A stretch of 39,582 bases of DNA from Pseudomonadota bacterium (GTDB lineage Bacteria > Pseudomonadota > Alphaproteobacteria > MPNO01 > UBA2964). The stretch spans positions 1 to 39,582 of the forward strand of contig JAQBTY010000002.1 in the NCBI GenBank assembly GCA_027624735.1, in the 5' to 3' direction. A program made the position numbers and the translations under genes. This document shows positions 38,968-39,582 of the stretch, in pieces; within the stretch, counting starts at the first letter, position 1, and the number at the start of each line of letters is the position of its first letter. The notes beneath the pieces are model-generated. The model saw only the letters and a list, made by a program, of their open reading frames with translations, was not told the DNA's origin and did no database searches.

Positions 38968-39426
38968 TCATGGATCCTTTTGCAAACAGTGCTGCAAAAA
39001 GACCATTACTACATTCATGACAAGCAGGGCGTCTGACGGGGTTGCGTCGTTCAGCGCTGGCTTAGCGGTGCTATTGGTTGCGCGCTCAGACACAATGAAG
39101 CCCTGGAAGATATTGAGTAATGGCTCTGTGAACCGGTTGACAGGAATTGCATTCGTTTTCTTCGCTTTGCTAAATAACTTTCCGATTTCTCCTTTTCCGC
39201 CTTTGCCTTCTTCTCCAACTAATATCTGCAAAAATCTTTGAACTACTCCATGGGCCTTGGTGATGACTTCCGGATAATTTCTGTCCTGATAGTCTTGAAA
39301 CATGTCTGCGAGATGGGTGTCTACCGAATTCCATTTCGGATCGGAAAGAATTTTTAAAGTTGGTTCATAAATTTGTTCAGTGATCTTGTCATCCTGACGA
39401 GGAATAAGACCGTTACGGGTAAGCAT
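38968..39426 (-). CDS. Abi_C/HEPN-like protein, possibly 5'-truncated (low-GC)
   Basis: The 152-aa ORF is about 43% GC by hand count (39241-39300). Its pattern (KAHGVVQRFLQIL..GEIGKLFSKAKKTNAIP...SERATNSTAKP...VMNVVMVFLQ) resembles abortive-infection C-terminal/HEPN-type domains. The frame stays open for 33 more codons upstream (to 39528) without an ATG, GTG or TTG. Confidence 0.45.
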   Translation of the reverse strand: MLTRNGLIPRQDDKITEQIYEPTLKILSDPKWNSVDTHLADMFQDYQDRNYPEVITKAHGVVQRFLQILVGEEGKGGKGEIGKLFSKAKKTNAIPVNRFTEPLLNIFQGFIVSERATNSTAKPALNDATPSDALLVMNVVMVFLQHCLQKDP

Positions 39427-39528
39427 AACATTTACGGAGAATTGCTCGAAAATATGGTTCAGGCAATTTGTTAGTCGATCAAAATTGGCAAAGGCCTCTT
39501 TGATGTATTCATCTTTAGCCCGGATTAT

Positions 39529-39582
39529 TCACGGTGGTCGGATGGTTTGAGCAAGGCGCGTGGTATCGTCCGGGTTGACGGC
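39529..39582 (-). CDS. 3' end of an unidentified GC-rich gene (runs off the window)
   Basis: The open frame ...AVNPDDTTRLAQTIRPP ends at TGA (39529-39531 rc). Composition switches from GC-rich to AT-rich exactly at this stop. The fragment is too short to identify. Confidence 0.25.
   Translation of the reverse strand, partial: AVNPDDTTRLAQTIRPP

Noticed and set aside
1-39582. Search for CRISPR arrays, tRNA/rRNA genes, transposases, integrases, toxin-antitoxin pairs or multi-gene defence islands.
   Set aside because: I saw no direct-repeat/spacer arrays, no tRNA-like T-arm signatures in the intergenic regions and no recombinase-like ORFs. Apart from the right-edge islet, the window reads as core housekeeping genome.

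Overview
This window looks like the origin-proximal part of an alphaproteobacterial chromosome. It is GC-rich (hand counts give about 60-68% GC in coding stretches) and tightly packed. I support about 46 protein genes, nearly all conserved housekeeping genes. In order they are: DUF3576 lipoprotein, leuS-lptE-holA, parB-parA-rsmG-mnmG-mnmE (minus strand), a thioredoxin-fold YyaL-like protein, ogt, a quinone oxidoreductase, rho, hemJ-hemH-hemE (minus strand), then divergently a DUF299 kinase (PDRP)-maf-aroE-coaE-dnaQ. These are followed by secB, fxsA, a Tim44-like protein, mltA, a phytase-like secreted protein, lutABC, smr, hslU-hslV (minus strand), a cNMP-binding/FHA protein, hisB-DUF2628-hisH-GNAT-hisA-hisF-hisE-HIT, and an arylmalonate-decarboxylase-like protein. 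A low-GC Abi/HEPN-like ORF sits at the right edge. I saw no rRNA, tRNA, CRISPR array, transposase or integrase. I did not find a convincing novel multi-gene system; most of the window is ordinary core genome. The features worth a second look are: (1) a probable oriC in the hemE/DUF299 spacer, with DnaA-box-like motifs and a chain of dyads; (2) two perfect parS sites; (3) a 272-bp highly palindromic block between hslV and hslU whose arms contain the hslV stop and the hslU start; (4) a cNMP-binding/FHA fusion gene upstream of hslVU; (5) a low-GC islet with a probably truncated Abi_C/HEPN-like ORF; (6) an unexplained 396-bp non-coding spacer. The ORF track treats GTG and TTG as starts, so several listed ORFs are over-extended at the 5' end. 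I trimmed these to starts consistent with conserved N-termini.
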